64,000 nucleotides of DNA from Candidatus Poribacteria bacterium (GTDB lineage Bacteria > Poribacteria > WGA-4E > WGA-3G): assembly GCA_965214095.1 (NCBI GenBank), contig OZ243938.1, forward strand, positions 3,456,001-3,520,000, given 5' to 3'. Below are positions 48,074 to 57,982 of the stretch, in pieces. Under the pieces are notes generated by a model. It saw nothing but the letters and a program-made list of their open reading frames with translations. It did not search any database and was not told where the DNA came from. The translations under genes were made by a program, and so were the position numbers. Each line of letters begins with the position of its first letter. Position 1 is the stretch's first letter.

Positions 48074-48516
48074 CCTATTTTTTGTTGTGTATCTCGGTAG
48101 AAAACAGCGGTTACATCAGTACCGCCCAGTGCATTTGCTTGCAGTTTGTGGTCATCCGTAAGACAATCAATCAGATACAAACCGTGTCCTCTTTCACTGG
48201 TTGGTGAACGAGCCGCCTGTATTTCTGCTAATTTCTCAGGTGTAGACCATTCCCCCATACCTTCTTTGCCTTTATCACTAACGACAATTTCAAGGGAACG
48301 TGTGTCAACAGAAATGTGCAATTGAATTCCACTGGAAACAGACTTTGATCCGTGATAAACGGCGTTACTACACATTTCATCAAGAGCGAGCTGAATATCT
48401 GCTATTCGTTTCTTTGAAAATCTGAGTGTTTCGGATAATTTTCCGATAAATACACGTACTGATTCAAGGTAAAACACATCACTTGGCACATTCAACTCAA
48501 TGTGGTCTTTCTTCAT
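48070..48516 (-). CDS. RsbW-like anti-sigma factor Ser kinase
   Basis: LALDEMCSNAVYHG, VSDKG, RGHGLYLI. Confidence 0.9.
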   Translation of the reverse strand: MKKDHIELNVPSDVFYLESVRVFIGKLSETLRFSKKRIADIQLALDEMCSNAVYHGSKSVSSGIQLHISVDTRSLEIVVSDKGKEGMGEWSTPEKLAEIQAARSPTSERGHGLYLIDCLTDDHKLQANALGGTDVTAVFYRDTQQKIG

Positions 48517-48544
48517 GGGGACTCCAGTTTTTCTTTGAAATTGA

Positions 48545-48889
48545 TTAAAAAGCTGCTATAGCACTCTTCTCAGATTCATATATTTCAACGACACTAGAAG
48601 CTCCAATAAGATTAAAAGTTCGCGTGAGAGTGGAAGCTAAGTTACAAAGTTTTAAATCCCCACCATTTTGTCGTAGTCGTTTTGCAATTCCTACTAAGGT
48701 GCCGACAGCTGTGCTGTTTATGTGACCTACGTCCTCGAAATTAACAACAACTTTATTCACTTTTTCTGTCAGCAGTTCTTCAAGTGCCTTCCGTAAGTCA
48801 GAGGCAGCATAACTACTTAAATCTGTCTTTACATCTATGATTTTGATATCTGCATTTTCTCGAATATTCATAAATTCTGTACCGGTCAT
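48545..48889 (-). CDS. STAS anti-sigma-factor antagonist
   Basis: VNFEDVGHINSTAVGTL..GGDLKL; AGGTGG RBS before ATG at 48889. Confidence 0.88.
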   Translation of the reverse strand: MTGTEFMNIRENADIKIIDVKTDLSSYAASDLRKALEELLTEKVNKVVVNFEDVGHINSTAVGTLVGIAKRLRQNGGDLKLCNLASTLTRTFNLIGASSVVEIYESEKSAIAAF

Positions 48890-49241
48890 ATAAACCACCT
48901 TCCGTAGATAAAATCCATATCCCCATTTTAGTGTAAATACATGAATATTACAAGCATTTTTTGAGTATAGCAGGAAATATGTATTAAGTATATGCATATA
49001 CCGTGTTTTACTCTGGATTTTTGTATCCAACGCAGGTCAGGTTTCCTATCCACATCTGATATCGTTGCATTAGCCTTCCCTGAAATCAACGGTATGAATG
49101 CCTTATAGTGTTTTTTCATGCTTGCGCCAAATGAATGTAATAATGGTCAACACTGAATTTTCTTGCAAATTTCCTATATTTTCAGTAGAATTAGCGAACA
49201 TAAACACAATTTCGATTAAATCCACAATTTTGGTAATGATA

Positions 49242-50903
49242 ATGCCTACACAAAAAATCGCTTTTATTATACTTTTTGTCTGTTTTTCGACCTTTGTTAT
49301 TCAGGCTGTTTGCGCTAAACCCGTCGATTCAGAGACATATTGGTTGATGGTTGATTCCTCTCCTGATGCTGATGCGAACACGCTATTTAAATCTTTGAAC
49401 AAATTATTGACAGAGGTTGGAAAAGTTTCTCAGGAAAATATACAACGTCTCAATGGTGACAGAGCAACAAATGATGAAATAGAGAATGTCCTCATTGAGA
49501 TAAGTAGTAAGTCTAATCAGATTAATACTCTGATTTTTTTGTTTCATGGTGAAGTATCTAAACAACAGGGTGTAAATGCCATGTACATTTCAACACAATC
49601 GGAAGATACTATCCAAGATGCAGTCTTAAATCAATGGTTAAAAGGAACGGGCATAGGTCGTATTCTTGTCATCATTGATGGTTATGCCTATGATGAGAGA
49701 CTAACTGTTTATTATGCGAATAGAGTAACACTTGGGACCTCTGCGTTGAATGTTATCAATCCCGCTGAAACGACAGAACCCGCAGGTAAGAATTCCTTTC
49801 TTCAGGCATTAATTGATACCTTATCTACAGAAACAATTGATACAGATGATAACAGGCATATCAGTATAATTGAAATATACCAGTATTTGCAGAACGAAAA
49901 GACTTTTGAAAATGCGATTTTTGCACCTACGGGGGATGTTGAAGAAACGGTGATGAAACTGAGTCCTGCGATTAAAGTTACATCTTTTCCAGAGGGTGCA
50001 CAGATTACATTAAACGACAAAGAAAATGGAGAAACACCTAAACTTTTCACAAAAGATTTAAAAGAAGGAAGTTACACTGTATCCATAAAGAAAGCGGGAT
50101 ATCTTAGTCCTGAACCTAAAACGGCAGATCTCAAGTTAACACAAGGTGAAGCCATCAATTTTATATCCGTTCTCAAACCGATTTCTGTTTACGGTACTGT
50201 TATAGGTTCCCTTGATGTTCCCGTTTCAGGAACGAAAATATCAATTGATGGTACAAACTATATTGAAACAGTTGGAGAAGATGGTAAATATTCATTCCAA
50301 AACTGGAATGCAACTGCGATGCTAACTCCTGGAACAGATTATACGTTATACGCAAAGCAAGGAGATTTCTACCACGGTTCGGTATCTTTCACATTTGATG
50401 GTTATGAGGCGATTGAGCAACCGATTGAATTGATTAAGAAAACATGGTTTGAGATCGCTGAACTTGAATTTAGGCGGGATGCCCATCAAAAAGCGATAGA
50501 AGCCTTCCAAAACGGTATTGAAACGACGACAGATTTCCCACAGTTGTCGGAAGGACTAACAGTTCTGCTATATACATCTTTTGCTGATGCTATTGATAAG
50601 GGACAGGTACAAGACATCAATTATATTGTCGTAACAGCAAAGTTAGCAGAGGTATATCAACAACCGGAAACGGCTAAGAAATATTGGAAACAAGTTGTTT
50701 TAAAAGCGGAAAAAGGGTCTCCCAGTGCAAAATTAGCCGGACAGCGATTGTGGCAGATGAATCCGTGGCGAAATGTTGTCAATATCGGTATAGCTTGTTT
50801 GTTGGTAATTGTGATCGCGTCTGGTGTATGGACATTTTTCCGTTATAGAAAATTGGTGCATACGGAAATTCAGACAGAAACTGAGATAGAAACTGATGCA
50901 TGA
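49242..50903 (+). CDS. Exported PEGA-domain protein with degenerate caspase-like N-terminus and C-terminal TM helix
   Basis: Signal peptide; LIFLFHG and ILVIIDG; VTSFPEGAQITLN..GETP..YTVSIKKAGY (PEGA); start codon uncertain. Confidence 0.7.
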   Translation: MPTQKIAFIILFVCFSTFVIQAVCAKPVDSETYWLMVDSSPDADANTLFKSLNKLLTEVGKVSQENIQRLNGDRATNDEIENVLIEISSKSNQINTLIFLFHGEVSKQQGVNAMYISTQSEDTIQDAVLNQWLKGTGIGRILVIIDGYAYDERLTVYYANRVTLGTSALNVINPAETTEPAGKNSFLQALIDTLSTETIDTDDNRHISIIEIYQYLQNEKTFENAIFAPTGDVEETVMKLSPAIKVTSFPEGAQITLNDKENGETPKLFTKDLKEGSYTVSIKKAGYLSPEPKTADLKLTQGEAINFISVLKPISVYGTVIGSLDVPVSGTKISIDGTNYIETVGEDGKYSFQNWNATAMLTPGTDYTLYAKQGDFYHGSVSFTFDGYEAIEQPIELIKKTWFEIAELEFRRDAHQKAIEAFQNGIETTTDFPQLSEGLTVLLYTSFADAIDKGQVQDINYIVVTAKLAEVYQQPETAKKYWKQVVLKAEKGSPSAKLAGQRLWQMNPWRNVVNIGIACLLVIVIASGVWTFFRYRKLVHTEIQTETEIETDA

Positions 50904-52344
50904 AAACCCTCCGAATATCTTATGGATATGTAGCGATCAACAACGTTTTGATACGTTTGGTTGCTATGGAAATCCTTTTGTCCAAACACCGAATTTAGAC
51001 AATTTAGCGCGTGAAGGCGTGCTTTTTGAATATGCGTATTCACAGAGTCCGGTTTGCACACCCAGTAGAGCCAGTTTCCTCACTGGACGGTACCCGCGTA
51101 CCACGAGATGTCGCCAAAATGGACAAGCGATCCCACCGGATGAAGTACTTGTGACAAAACTACTCCAAGATGCTGGTTATGTGTGTGGATTGGCAGGGAA
51201 ACTCCATCTTTCGCCTTGCAACCCGCGCGTCTGCAAAGGGACGGAACAACGGATTGATGATGGCTATGACCAGTTTTTCTGGTCACACGATCCAGCTGAT
51301 GCTTGGCCAACTCACGATTATATCCAGTGGTTATCAAATAAAGGGTTACGTCGGGATAGTAGACCTTTCGCCGATTCAAAATATGTCCGTGTGATTCCAT
51401 CTGAAGAACATAGTCAAACGACGTGGAGTGTTGAACGGGCAATGTCGTTTATCAATAGTTCATCGCGATTTAAGCAACCGTGGCTATTCTCTGTGAATAT
51501 GTTTGATCCGCATCACGCCTTTGACCCTCCCGTTGCAGCGTTAGAGAGATATAGAGACATATTGGATGAAATCCCGTTACCGAACTATGTTGAAGGAGAA
51601 CTGAAAAATAAACCGATATGGCAACAGATTGATCACAGTGGTGCTTATGGTGGTAAATCGGGATATCCTTACAACGAAATGAGCGAAACGGATCACCGTT
51701 GGGTAACAGCTGCGTATTGGGCAATGATTGATGTTATTGACGCACAAGTTGGACGACTTCTTGATTTTTTGGAAGAAACAGGACAGCGAGAAAACACAGT
51801 GGTTATCTTTACATCAGATCACGGAGAAATGCTTGGTGACCACGGTATCTATTTGAAAGGACCTTACTTTTATGAACCTGCCATCCGAGTGCCATTAATT
51901 ATTTCTGGACCTGGGATGTTGAACAGTGGAGCGCGTTCAGATGCTCTTGTGGAATTGGTAGATATTGCTCCGACTTTTCTGGAAGCAAGTGGATTGGAAC
52001 GTTATTCCGGCATGCAGGGGCAAAGTCTTCTACCTATGCTGATAGGTGAAAAAAGTTTGGATTCGCATCGGGATGATGTTTACTGTGAGTATTACAACGC
52101 TATGCCGTGGCACAGTGAACCTGCTGCAAATGCGACGATGGTGCGGAGTGAACGGTATAAGTTGGTGGTTGCACACGGTACAGATGGTGGTGAACTCTAC
52201 GACTTGGAAGACGATCCGCAAGAAACATATAATCTTTGGAATAATTCAGATTATAAAGATGTAAAACTGCAGATGCAAGAACGACTTATCCACCGTATGG
52301 CCTGGACAGTGGATCCACTACCTGAACGACAAGCAGCTTGGTAG
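50896..52344 (+). CDS. Cys-type sulfatase
   Basis: PNILWICSDQQR, CTPSRASFLTG, GKLHL, TSDHGEMLGDHG, ELYDLEDDP. Confidence 0.95.
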   Translation: MHENPPNILWICSDQQRFDTFGCYGNPFVQTPNLDNLAREGVLFEYAYSQSPVCTPSRASFLTGRYPRTTRCRQNGQAIPPDEVLVTKLLQDAGYVCGLAGKLHLSPCNPRVCKGTEQRIDDGYDQFFWSHDPADAWPTHDYIQWLSNKGLRRDSRPFADSKYVRVIPSEEHSQTTWSVERAMSFINSSSRFKQPWLFSVNMFDPHHAFDPPVAALERYRDILDEIPLPNYVEGELKNKPIWQQIDHSGAYGGKSGYPYNEMSETDHRWVTAAYWAMIDVIDAQVGRLLDFLEETGQRENTVVIFTSDHGEMLGDHGIYLKGPYFYEPAIRVPLIISGPGMLNSGARSDALVELVDIAPTFLEASGLERYSGMQGQSLLPMLIGEKSLDSHRDDVYCEYYNAMPWHSEPAANATMVRSERYKLVVAHGTDGGELYDLEDDPQETYNLWNNSDYKDVKLQMQERLIHRMAWTVDPLPERQAAW

Positions 52345-52369
52345 TCAACAGTGTAAATGGTGAATTAAA

Positions 52370-53008
52370 TTGAGGTATATTCAACCGAAACTAAGTATTG
52401 TCACAACACAATTCAATATTACGCGAACAAGACAGACACTGCTAATCTATGCTTTGTTTGTTTTATGTTTTGCTGGTGGCTTAGAAGCATACGCTGATAA
52501 TATTTTAGCACGATGGGATCAGCAGATGTTTGAACGGATCTACGATGCACCACCACATAGCGAACCGATGTGGACAGGGATGGAGTTCACTACAGAATTT
52601 GGACATTACCGATCCGTTATGGGATTGTCTATCTTACTGATGGCTTATGGGAATGAAGATCGTCAAAACACGGGTAGGTTGTTGTCCTCAGCATATATAA
52701 GCACTGGGGTTATTACTTATGGGATAAAGCAGTTGGTTCGCAGGAAGCGACCCCTTGATGATATGCTTGGTAATCCATCTATGCCATCGGGACATGCGTC
52801 TATTGCGTTTAGTGCTGCAACAATCCTTGGGTATCGCTATCCAAAGTGGCGAATACCGTTATACATCGGTGCAGGGTTGGTCGGTTTTTCGCGTGTCTAT
52901 CTGGGACGGCACTATACTTCGGATGTGTTAGTAGGTGCAGTTATCGGAACGACTATGGGGGTGCTTGTTTGGCATAATCGTGTAACCTTGTTGGAGTGGA
53001 AGTTTTAG
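52370..53008 (+). CDS. PAP2-family phosphatase
   Basis: KQLVRRKRP, PSGH, SRVYLGRHYTSD. Confidence 0.92.
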   Translation: MRYIQPKLSIVTTQFNITRTRQTLLIYALFVLCFAGGLEAYADNILARWDQQMFERIYDAPPHSEPMWTGMEFTTEFGHYRSVMGLSILLMAYGNEDRQNTGRLLSSAYISTGVITYGIKQLVRRKRPLDDMLGNPSMPSGHASIAFSAATILGYRYPKWRIPLYIGAGLVGFSRVYLGRHYTSDVLVGAVIGTTMGVLVWHNRVTLLEWKF

Positions 53009-53061
53009 ATGGTTACTTCTGCATGTTTTTCTTTGATCTATAGAGCGCAGGTATTTGTAGA

Positions 53062-53096
53062 TTGGTGATCTATAAATTTGGTGATCTATAAATTTG
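53062..53096. repeat. 16-bp tandem repeat
   Basis: TTGGTGATCTATAAAT twice, plus TTG. Confidence 0.85.
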
Positions 53097-53226
53097 TATG
53101 TTTATTTCACAGAAAAGGAATGACCTTCTGAATAGGATGTGTCTTTCATTGCTTCACTCAATATGCATATATTGGTTTTCTATTACCAAAGATATAGTGG
53201 ATTATGAAATATGTTAACATCTTTCT

Positions 53227-53278
53227 GTAGGAGCGATCTCCGAATCGCGAACTATCGGGAATCGGAGATCTCTCCCAC
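53227..53278. repeat. Inverted REP pair between convergent genes
   Basis: GTAGGAGCGATCTCCGA...TCGGAGATCTCTCCCAC. Confidence 0.75.
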
Positions 53279-53318
53279 AATGAATTATGCGGTTAATGTC
53301 AAAACTTTACACACCCAG

Positions 53319-54278
53319 TTAACGTTTAAACGTCTGACTATCTTTGAGGTATTTATAGAGTTCGCTATCGGTTGTCAAGATAAGTTTTGTGCTTGGGTTC
53401 ATTGACGTGCGATAGGTTTCTAAAGTTTGGAGGAAAGCGAAGAACTCAGGATCTTTGCCGTGTGCTTCGGCGTAAATCTGGATGGCTTGTGCATCAGCAT
53501 CACCTTTAATTTGTTCCGTTTCCTTGTATGCTTCTGACTCGATACGTTCCAGTTCTTTTTTCTTCTCACCCTCAATCTTAGCGGCTTCACCTTCACCTTC
53601 CGATTTGTATTTTCCAGAGATCCGTTGTCGTTCAGAAATCATCCGAGTAAAGACTTTTTCGCGGACTTCGTCAACATAGTTGATACGTTTGATCTGAACA
53701 TCAACGAGTTCAATACCAAATTGCGGTACAGTTTCCTGCACTTTTTCACGTATCATTTGTGTGATTTTTTCTCTACCATCGTGAATCTCTTCTAAAGGTT
53801 CACCTAACTGTCCTTCATCCTCTTCAAGTGTCTCTATATCAGGATTAAGAACACGGTTGGAATCTCGGACAACTTCAATCAATAGTTGTGCTGTTACTAA
53901 ATCGCGAGCTGCAGAATCAATGATGTCATCTAATCGGGATTGTGCGAGTATTTCTGTTCCGAGTGCCTGATAGAATTTAAGTGCATCTTTAATCCGCCAT
54001 CGTGCAGTCGTATCAAGCCAAATAAACTTTTTGTCTTTGGTTGGAATTTGGTTCGGCGAACCGTCCCATTCCAGGACGCGTTTCTCAAAGCGATGTATCT
54101 GTTGAATAAACGGTGTTTTGATTTTTAATCCAGCATTGACGATTGGTTCCCCAACAGGACGACCGAATTCTGTTATGACAACCTGTTCTGCTTCGTTTAC
54201 GATGTAGAACATACTAAAGACAATGGGAAGAATTAAAATTATGAGGACAATTATTGGTATGAGTATTTTTAACTTCAT
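53319..54278 (-). CDS. hflC: FtsH protease modulator HflC
   Basis: EQVVITEFGRPV, TKDKK, FGIELVDVQIKRI, RMISER, DPEFFAF. Confidence 0.93.
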   Translation of the reverse strand: MKLKILIPIIVLIILILPIVFSMFYIVNEAEQVVITEFGRPVGEPIVNAGLKIKTPFIQQIHRFEKRVLEWDGSPNQIPTKDKKFIWLDTTARWRIKDALKFYQALGTEILAQSRLDDIIDSAARDLVTAQLLIEVVRDSNRVLNPDIETLEEDEGQLGEPLEEIHDGREKITQMIREKVQETVPQFGIELVDVQIKRINYVDEVREKVFTRMISERQRISGKYKSEGEGEAAKIEGEKKKELERIESEAYKETEQIKGDADAQAIQIYAEAHGKDPEFFAFLQTLETYRTSMNPSTKLILTTDSELYKYLKDSQTFKR

Positions 54279-54304
54279 CAGAAAACTCCTATTTCTGTTT
54301 CAAC

Positions 54305-55252
54305 CTATTCTGTAAGCTGAAGGATTGGAATCGGTGCGTTGGTTTTATCGTCAATGACATATATCTCTTTAACTTGTGGCAGGACCTCCTGCATCGTTTC
54401 GAGATATAGTCTTTGTCTTGTCACCTCTTTTGCTTTTTGATACTCCGAACGGATTGCGTTGAATTTGTCTGCATCCCCTTGTGCTTCATTAACACGTTTC
54501 AATGCGTATCCTTGTGCTTCAGAAATTTGTTGTGCAGCTAAACCTTTGGATTTTGGGATTAATTGGTTATAATCCCTCCACGCTTCGTTGATTAGGCGGT
54601 CTTTTTCTTGTTTAGCCTCGTTGACAGCATTAAAAGCAGATTTCACCTTTTCTGGTGGATTTACATTTTGCAGTGTTACATTGGCAACATCCAATCCAGT
54701 TTGGTATAGATCAAGAAGTGTTTGAAGGTGTTGTTCAACTTCGGCAGCGATTTCAATACGGCCAATGGTTAGTACCTCTGTGACAGTCCTGTCACCAATC
54801 ACACGGCTCATTACAGATTCTGAAAGGTCACGCAAAGCACGTTGTGGATTTCTGACGGAAAAAAGAAATGCTGTTGGGTCTTTTATTTTATATTGGATGA
54901 CCCATTCAACATCTGCGATATTGAGATCTCCTGTTAGTAGCAAGGATTCTTCAGAGTATTCTCGTGTATCGTACTGTGTCCGCACTCCCGCTTTGAGAGT
55001 ACGAAAACCAAATTCCTCCTTGAATACCTTTCTCACAGGCACGTTAATAGCTCTTTCAATGCCAAGTGGTAACTTGAAATGTAGTCCGGGTTGGGCTTGT
55101 CTGACAGATTTCCCGAACATGAGAACAACAGCAATTTCGTCTGCTTCAACGGTATAAAAACTGGTGGCTAAGCATACCAAGATTATCAAACCGAGTATGA
55201 CAAACAGAATACGTTTAGGGTTAATAAGTTCCAAAAAATCGGTTAGATCCAT
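54305..55252 (-). CDS. hflK: FtsH protease modulator HflK
   Basis: PGLHFKLP, LLTGDLNIADV, AQGYA..NEAQGDA..EYQKAKEVTRQRLYLETM. Confidence 0.93.
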   Translation of the reverse strand: MDLTDFLELINPKRILFVILGLIILVCLATSFYTVEADEIAVVLMFGKSVRQAQPGLHFKLPLGIERAINVPVRKVFKEEFGFRTLKAGVRTQYDTREYSEESLLLTGDLNIADVEWVIQYKIKDPTAFLFSVRNPQRALRDLSESVMSRVIGDRTVTEVLTIGRIEIAAEVEQHLQTLLDLYQTGLDVANVTLQNVNPPEKVKSAFNAVNEAKQEKDRLINEAWRDYNQLIPKSKGLAAQQISEAQGYALKRVNEAQGDADKFNAIRSEYQKAKEVTRQRLYLETMQEVLPQVKEIYVIDDKTNAPIPILQLTE

Positions 55253-55283
55253 TTTATTCTCCTTTATGTAATCAAACTGTATT

Positions 55284-56267
55284 TTAAATTTCGTATCTGA
55301 CTAACTTCTGTGCAGCATCAACAATCTGTTCTGTATCGGGTATAACAAATTTTTCCATCACAGGGGCAAACGGTACAGGGACCGGTGCAGCGGTAACACG
55401 TTCGATCGGTGCATCCAGGTAGTCAAACACTTCACGGACAACCAGTGCAGCGATCTCGGCACCAAATCCTGCCCTGCCGACGGCTTCATGTGCGATTAAC
55501 AAGCGATTTGTTTTCTTAACTGATTCAAAAATAGTTTCTTTGTCAAGAGGCATCAAAGTTCTTGGGTCAACGATTTCTGCGGATATACCTTCTTCGGCAA
55601 GTTCATCAGCAGCATCAAGTGCTTTCAACACCATACGTGATGTTGCTAAAATTGTTATATCTTCACCTTCACGTTTTATATCTGCTTCACCCAAGGGAAT
55701 TGTATATTCCTCATCTGGAATTTCACCCTCTTCCGTATAAAGTAGTTTGTGCTCAATGAACATAATCGGATTGTCGTTTCGGATTGCGGTTTTCAGTAAC
55801 CCCTTTGCATCATAAGGTGTAGCGGGCATCACCACAAGGAGTCCAGGAATATGTACAAACCATGATTCAAGACTTTGTGCGTGTTGTGCAGCAGAGGAAC
55901 GTCCCGCACCACCTTGAGTCCGAATGACAAGTGGTACATCTAACTGTCCACCCACCATATATCGTATTTTGGCAACTTGGTTGACAATTTGGTCCATACC
56001 GACAGCGGTGAAGTCAATGTACATAAGTTCCGCGACGGGACGCATACCTGTGACAGCAGCACCCAAGGCAGTGCCGATGATGGCTGCTTCAGAAATCGGT
56101 GTGTTACGGATACGTTCTTTTCCAAACTGCTTGTATAATCCGTCCGTAACCTTATATGCCCCACCATATTCAGCAATATCTTCCCCCATGAGAAAGACAG
56201 CATCGTCGCGTTCCATCTCCTCTATCAGTGCTTCTTTTAAAGCATCACGATAGGTAATTGTTTTCAT
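55284..56267 (-). CDS. 2-oxoacid/acetoin dehydrogenase E1 beta subunit
   Basis: FLMGEDI..YGG, NTPISE, DQIVNQ, AQHAQS, FIEHK, YLDAPIERV. Confidence 0.93.
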   Translation of the reverse strand: MKTITYRDALKEALIEEMERDDAVFLMGEDIAEYGGAYKVTDGLYKQFGKERIRNTPISEAAIIGTALGAAVTGMRPVAELMYIDFTAVGMDQIVNQVAKIRYMVGGQLDVPLVIRTQGGAGRSSAAQHAQSLESWFVHIPGLLVVMPATPYDAKGLLKTAIRNDNPIMFIEHKLLYTEEGEIPDEEYTIPLGEADIKREGEDITILATSRMVLKALDAADELAEEGISAEIVDPRTLMPLDKETIFESVKKTNRLLIAHEAVGRAGFGAEIAALVVREVFDYLDAPIERVTAAPVPVPFAPVMEKFVIPDTEQIVDAAQKLVRYEI

Positions 56268-56335
56268 GTTTTGTCTGTTCCTTTCAGTATCTATATTCTT
56301 TTCGTTTTTGTCTGTGTCCTTACCATCTTATCAAT

Positions 56336-57931
56336 TCACTGTACAGACGAAGGACGTTCTTGCATGATAGGTATGACATAGCTTCGTATATGCACACCGT
56401 TCACAGTTTCTGTTTCTAATCGCGGTTCTGGATTCTGCCTGTGATCAAACACAACGTAGTAACCTTCTGTTGTTCCTTCCAAATCTGCATACACAGAGAG
56501 TTGTTCTTTGCCAGATGCGAACCGCGTATCTCCCTCCCAAATTTTGGTTTCAACAATAAATTTCTGTTGATTATGTATTATTAAAAGGTCCATTCTTCCG
56601 CGTCCTGTTTGCACTTCAATATACATATTTCCACCTACACTGCGGACGAACTGATCAAGGTAGGCATAGAGTAGGTGCTGTCCAATAAATTCCTGTGGTG
56701 TATCAGGAACTTGTAAGATGCGAAATCCTACACGTCTGATGAAATCACGGAAATTATCAAGTAAAGAAACCATATCAATCGATCCGATAGGTGTAAGATA
56801 GTGATTAAAGTCTTCACCTGTATCTTCTGGGAGATATTGCGATTCCAATCCATTTAACACTGGTTTGAATGCACGTAGAATATGATGCTGATATATAGGA
56901 TTTACTATTTCGCACATGCCATCAGAACTTCTGGCGATGACACCATACGTTGCTAACTCGTTGATAATATCATCATTGAGATTGTATGTTAATCCTTTTT
57001 CATAAGATGCAATATGCATTAGTATGGTTTCAAATCGACGATTTCTACGGATATTAGTAAGTAGATGTTCAATATTGGTATTTCGTTCATCAAGGAGTAG
57101 TGTGTGTGATTCTGCAAAATGCGTCATTTTGACTGTCTCAGTCTTAGGGATGTTCAGTTCTTCCGTAAGAATTTGACCGATTCGGTTGACTAAGAAAGGT
57201 TGTCCTCCTGTCTGTGTGTGGAGAGATTTGACGACTTCCGGTGCAAAGGGTTGTCCTACTTCGTTCGTATATTGTCCAAGTAGTTCTTGAACTTGTTCTA
57301 ATGTAAAGTTAGGCAACCGAAACTCGTCTTGGACATTAAAAGGTGAAACAGAGCGGTCATAGTTGAGTTGGTTGATACTCTTTACACCTACTATTCCAAC
57401 ACTGTGTGGACATTGAAGTTCATCAGAGAGATAGATATGGCGGAGTGTATACAGAAATTCACTGACAACATCTTGAGGGATACCATCAAATTCGTCAATG
57501 AGTAACACAACTTTTTTATCACTAAGTAAACTCTCTAATTCCTCAAAGTATGCTAATAAAGAAAAATGATCGCTTATTTGAACATCTTCTAAAAATCGAA
57601 TTATTTCATCAGGTTTCTTGACATCTCTTTTTTTAAGGACATACTGAATATGTCTCCGTATCAACTGAGAAAACCTATCATAGAAAATAGTAGATGAGGT
57701 ATTACCCATCACTTGGAAATCCAGTTGAATAGGAAAATAGCCTGGGTCATTTGTAGAAAGTGTGTCAAGTGCCATTCGGAAGAATGTAGTTTTACCGGTT
57801 TGACGTGGTGCAAACAGAACGATATAACGCCCCTCCTTGACACGTATGTTGAAGTCATTTATCTCTTTGGTGCGAGGGACTACATAGTGTCTATCAGGGT
57901 AAACGCGGCCTTGTGTTCCAAAACGTCTCAT
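56336..57931 (-). CDS. AAA-like P-loop ATPase (AAA_35-type) with C-terminal PD-(D/E)xK-like domain
   Basis: APRQTGKTT, LLIDEFD, SPFNV, TGGQPFLV; GRMDL..IVETK. Confidence 0.8.
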   Translation of the reverse strand: MRRFGTQGRVYPDRHYVVPRTKEINDFNIRVKEGRYIVLFAPRQTGKTTFFRMALDTLSTNDPGYFPIQLDFQVMGNTSSTIFYDRFSQLIRRHIQYVLKKRDVKKPDEIIRFLEDVQISDHFSLLAYFEELESLLSDKKVVLLIDEFDGIPQDVVSEFLYTLRHIYLSDELQCPHSVGIVGVKSINQLNYDRSVSPFNVQDEFRLPNFTLEQVQELLGQYTNEVGQPFAPEVVKSLHTQTGGQPFLVNRIGQILTEELNIPKTETVKMTHFAESHTLLLDERNTNIEHLLTNIRRNRRFETILMHIASYEKGLTYNLNDDIINELATYGVIARSSDGMCEIVNPIYQHHILRAFKPVLNGLESQYLPEDTGEDFNHYLTPIGSIDMVSLLDNFRDFIRRVGFRILQVPDTPQEFIGQHLLYAYLDQFVRSVGGNMYIEVQTGRGRMDLLIIHNQQKFIVETKIWEGDTRFASGKEQLSVYADLEGTTEGYYVVFDHRQNPEPRLETETVNGVHIRSYVIPIMQERPSSVQ

Positions 57932-57982
57932 TCTTTATCCTCGTCGTGGCAGTGAATGAATTATATCAAGGAGATTGCCATA

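Noticed and set aside
48890-49241. Long N-terminal extensions of the STAS and PEGA ORFs
   Set aside because: AT-rich divergent promoter region; downstream starts have better RBS or signal-peptide support.
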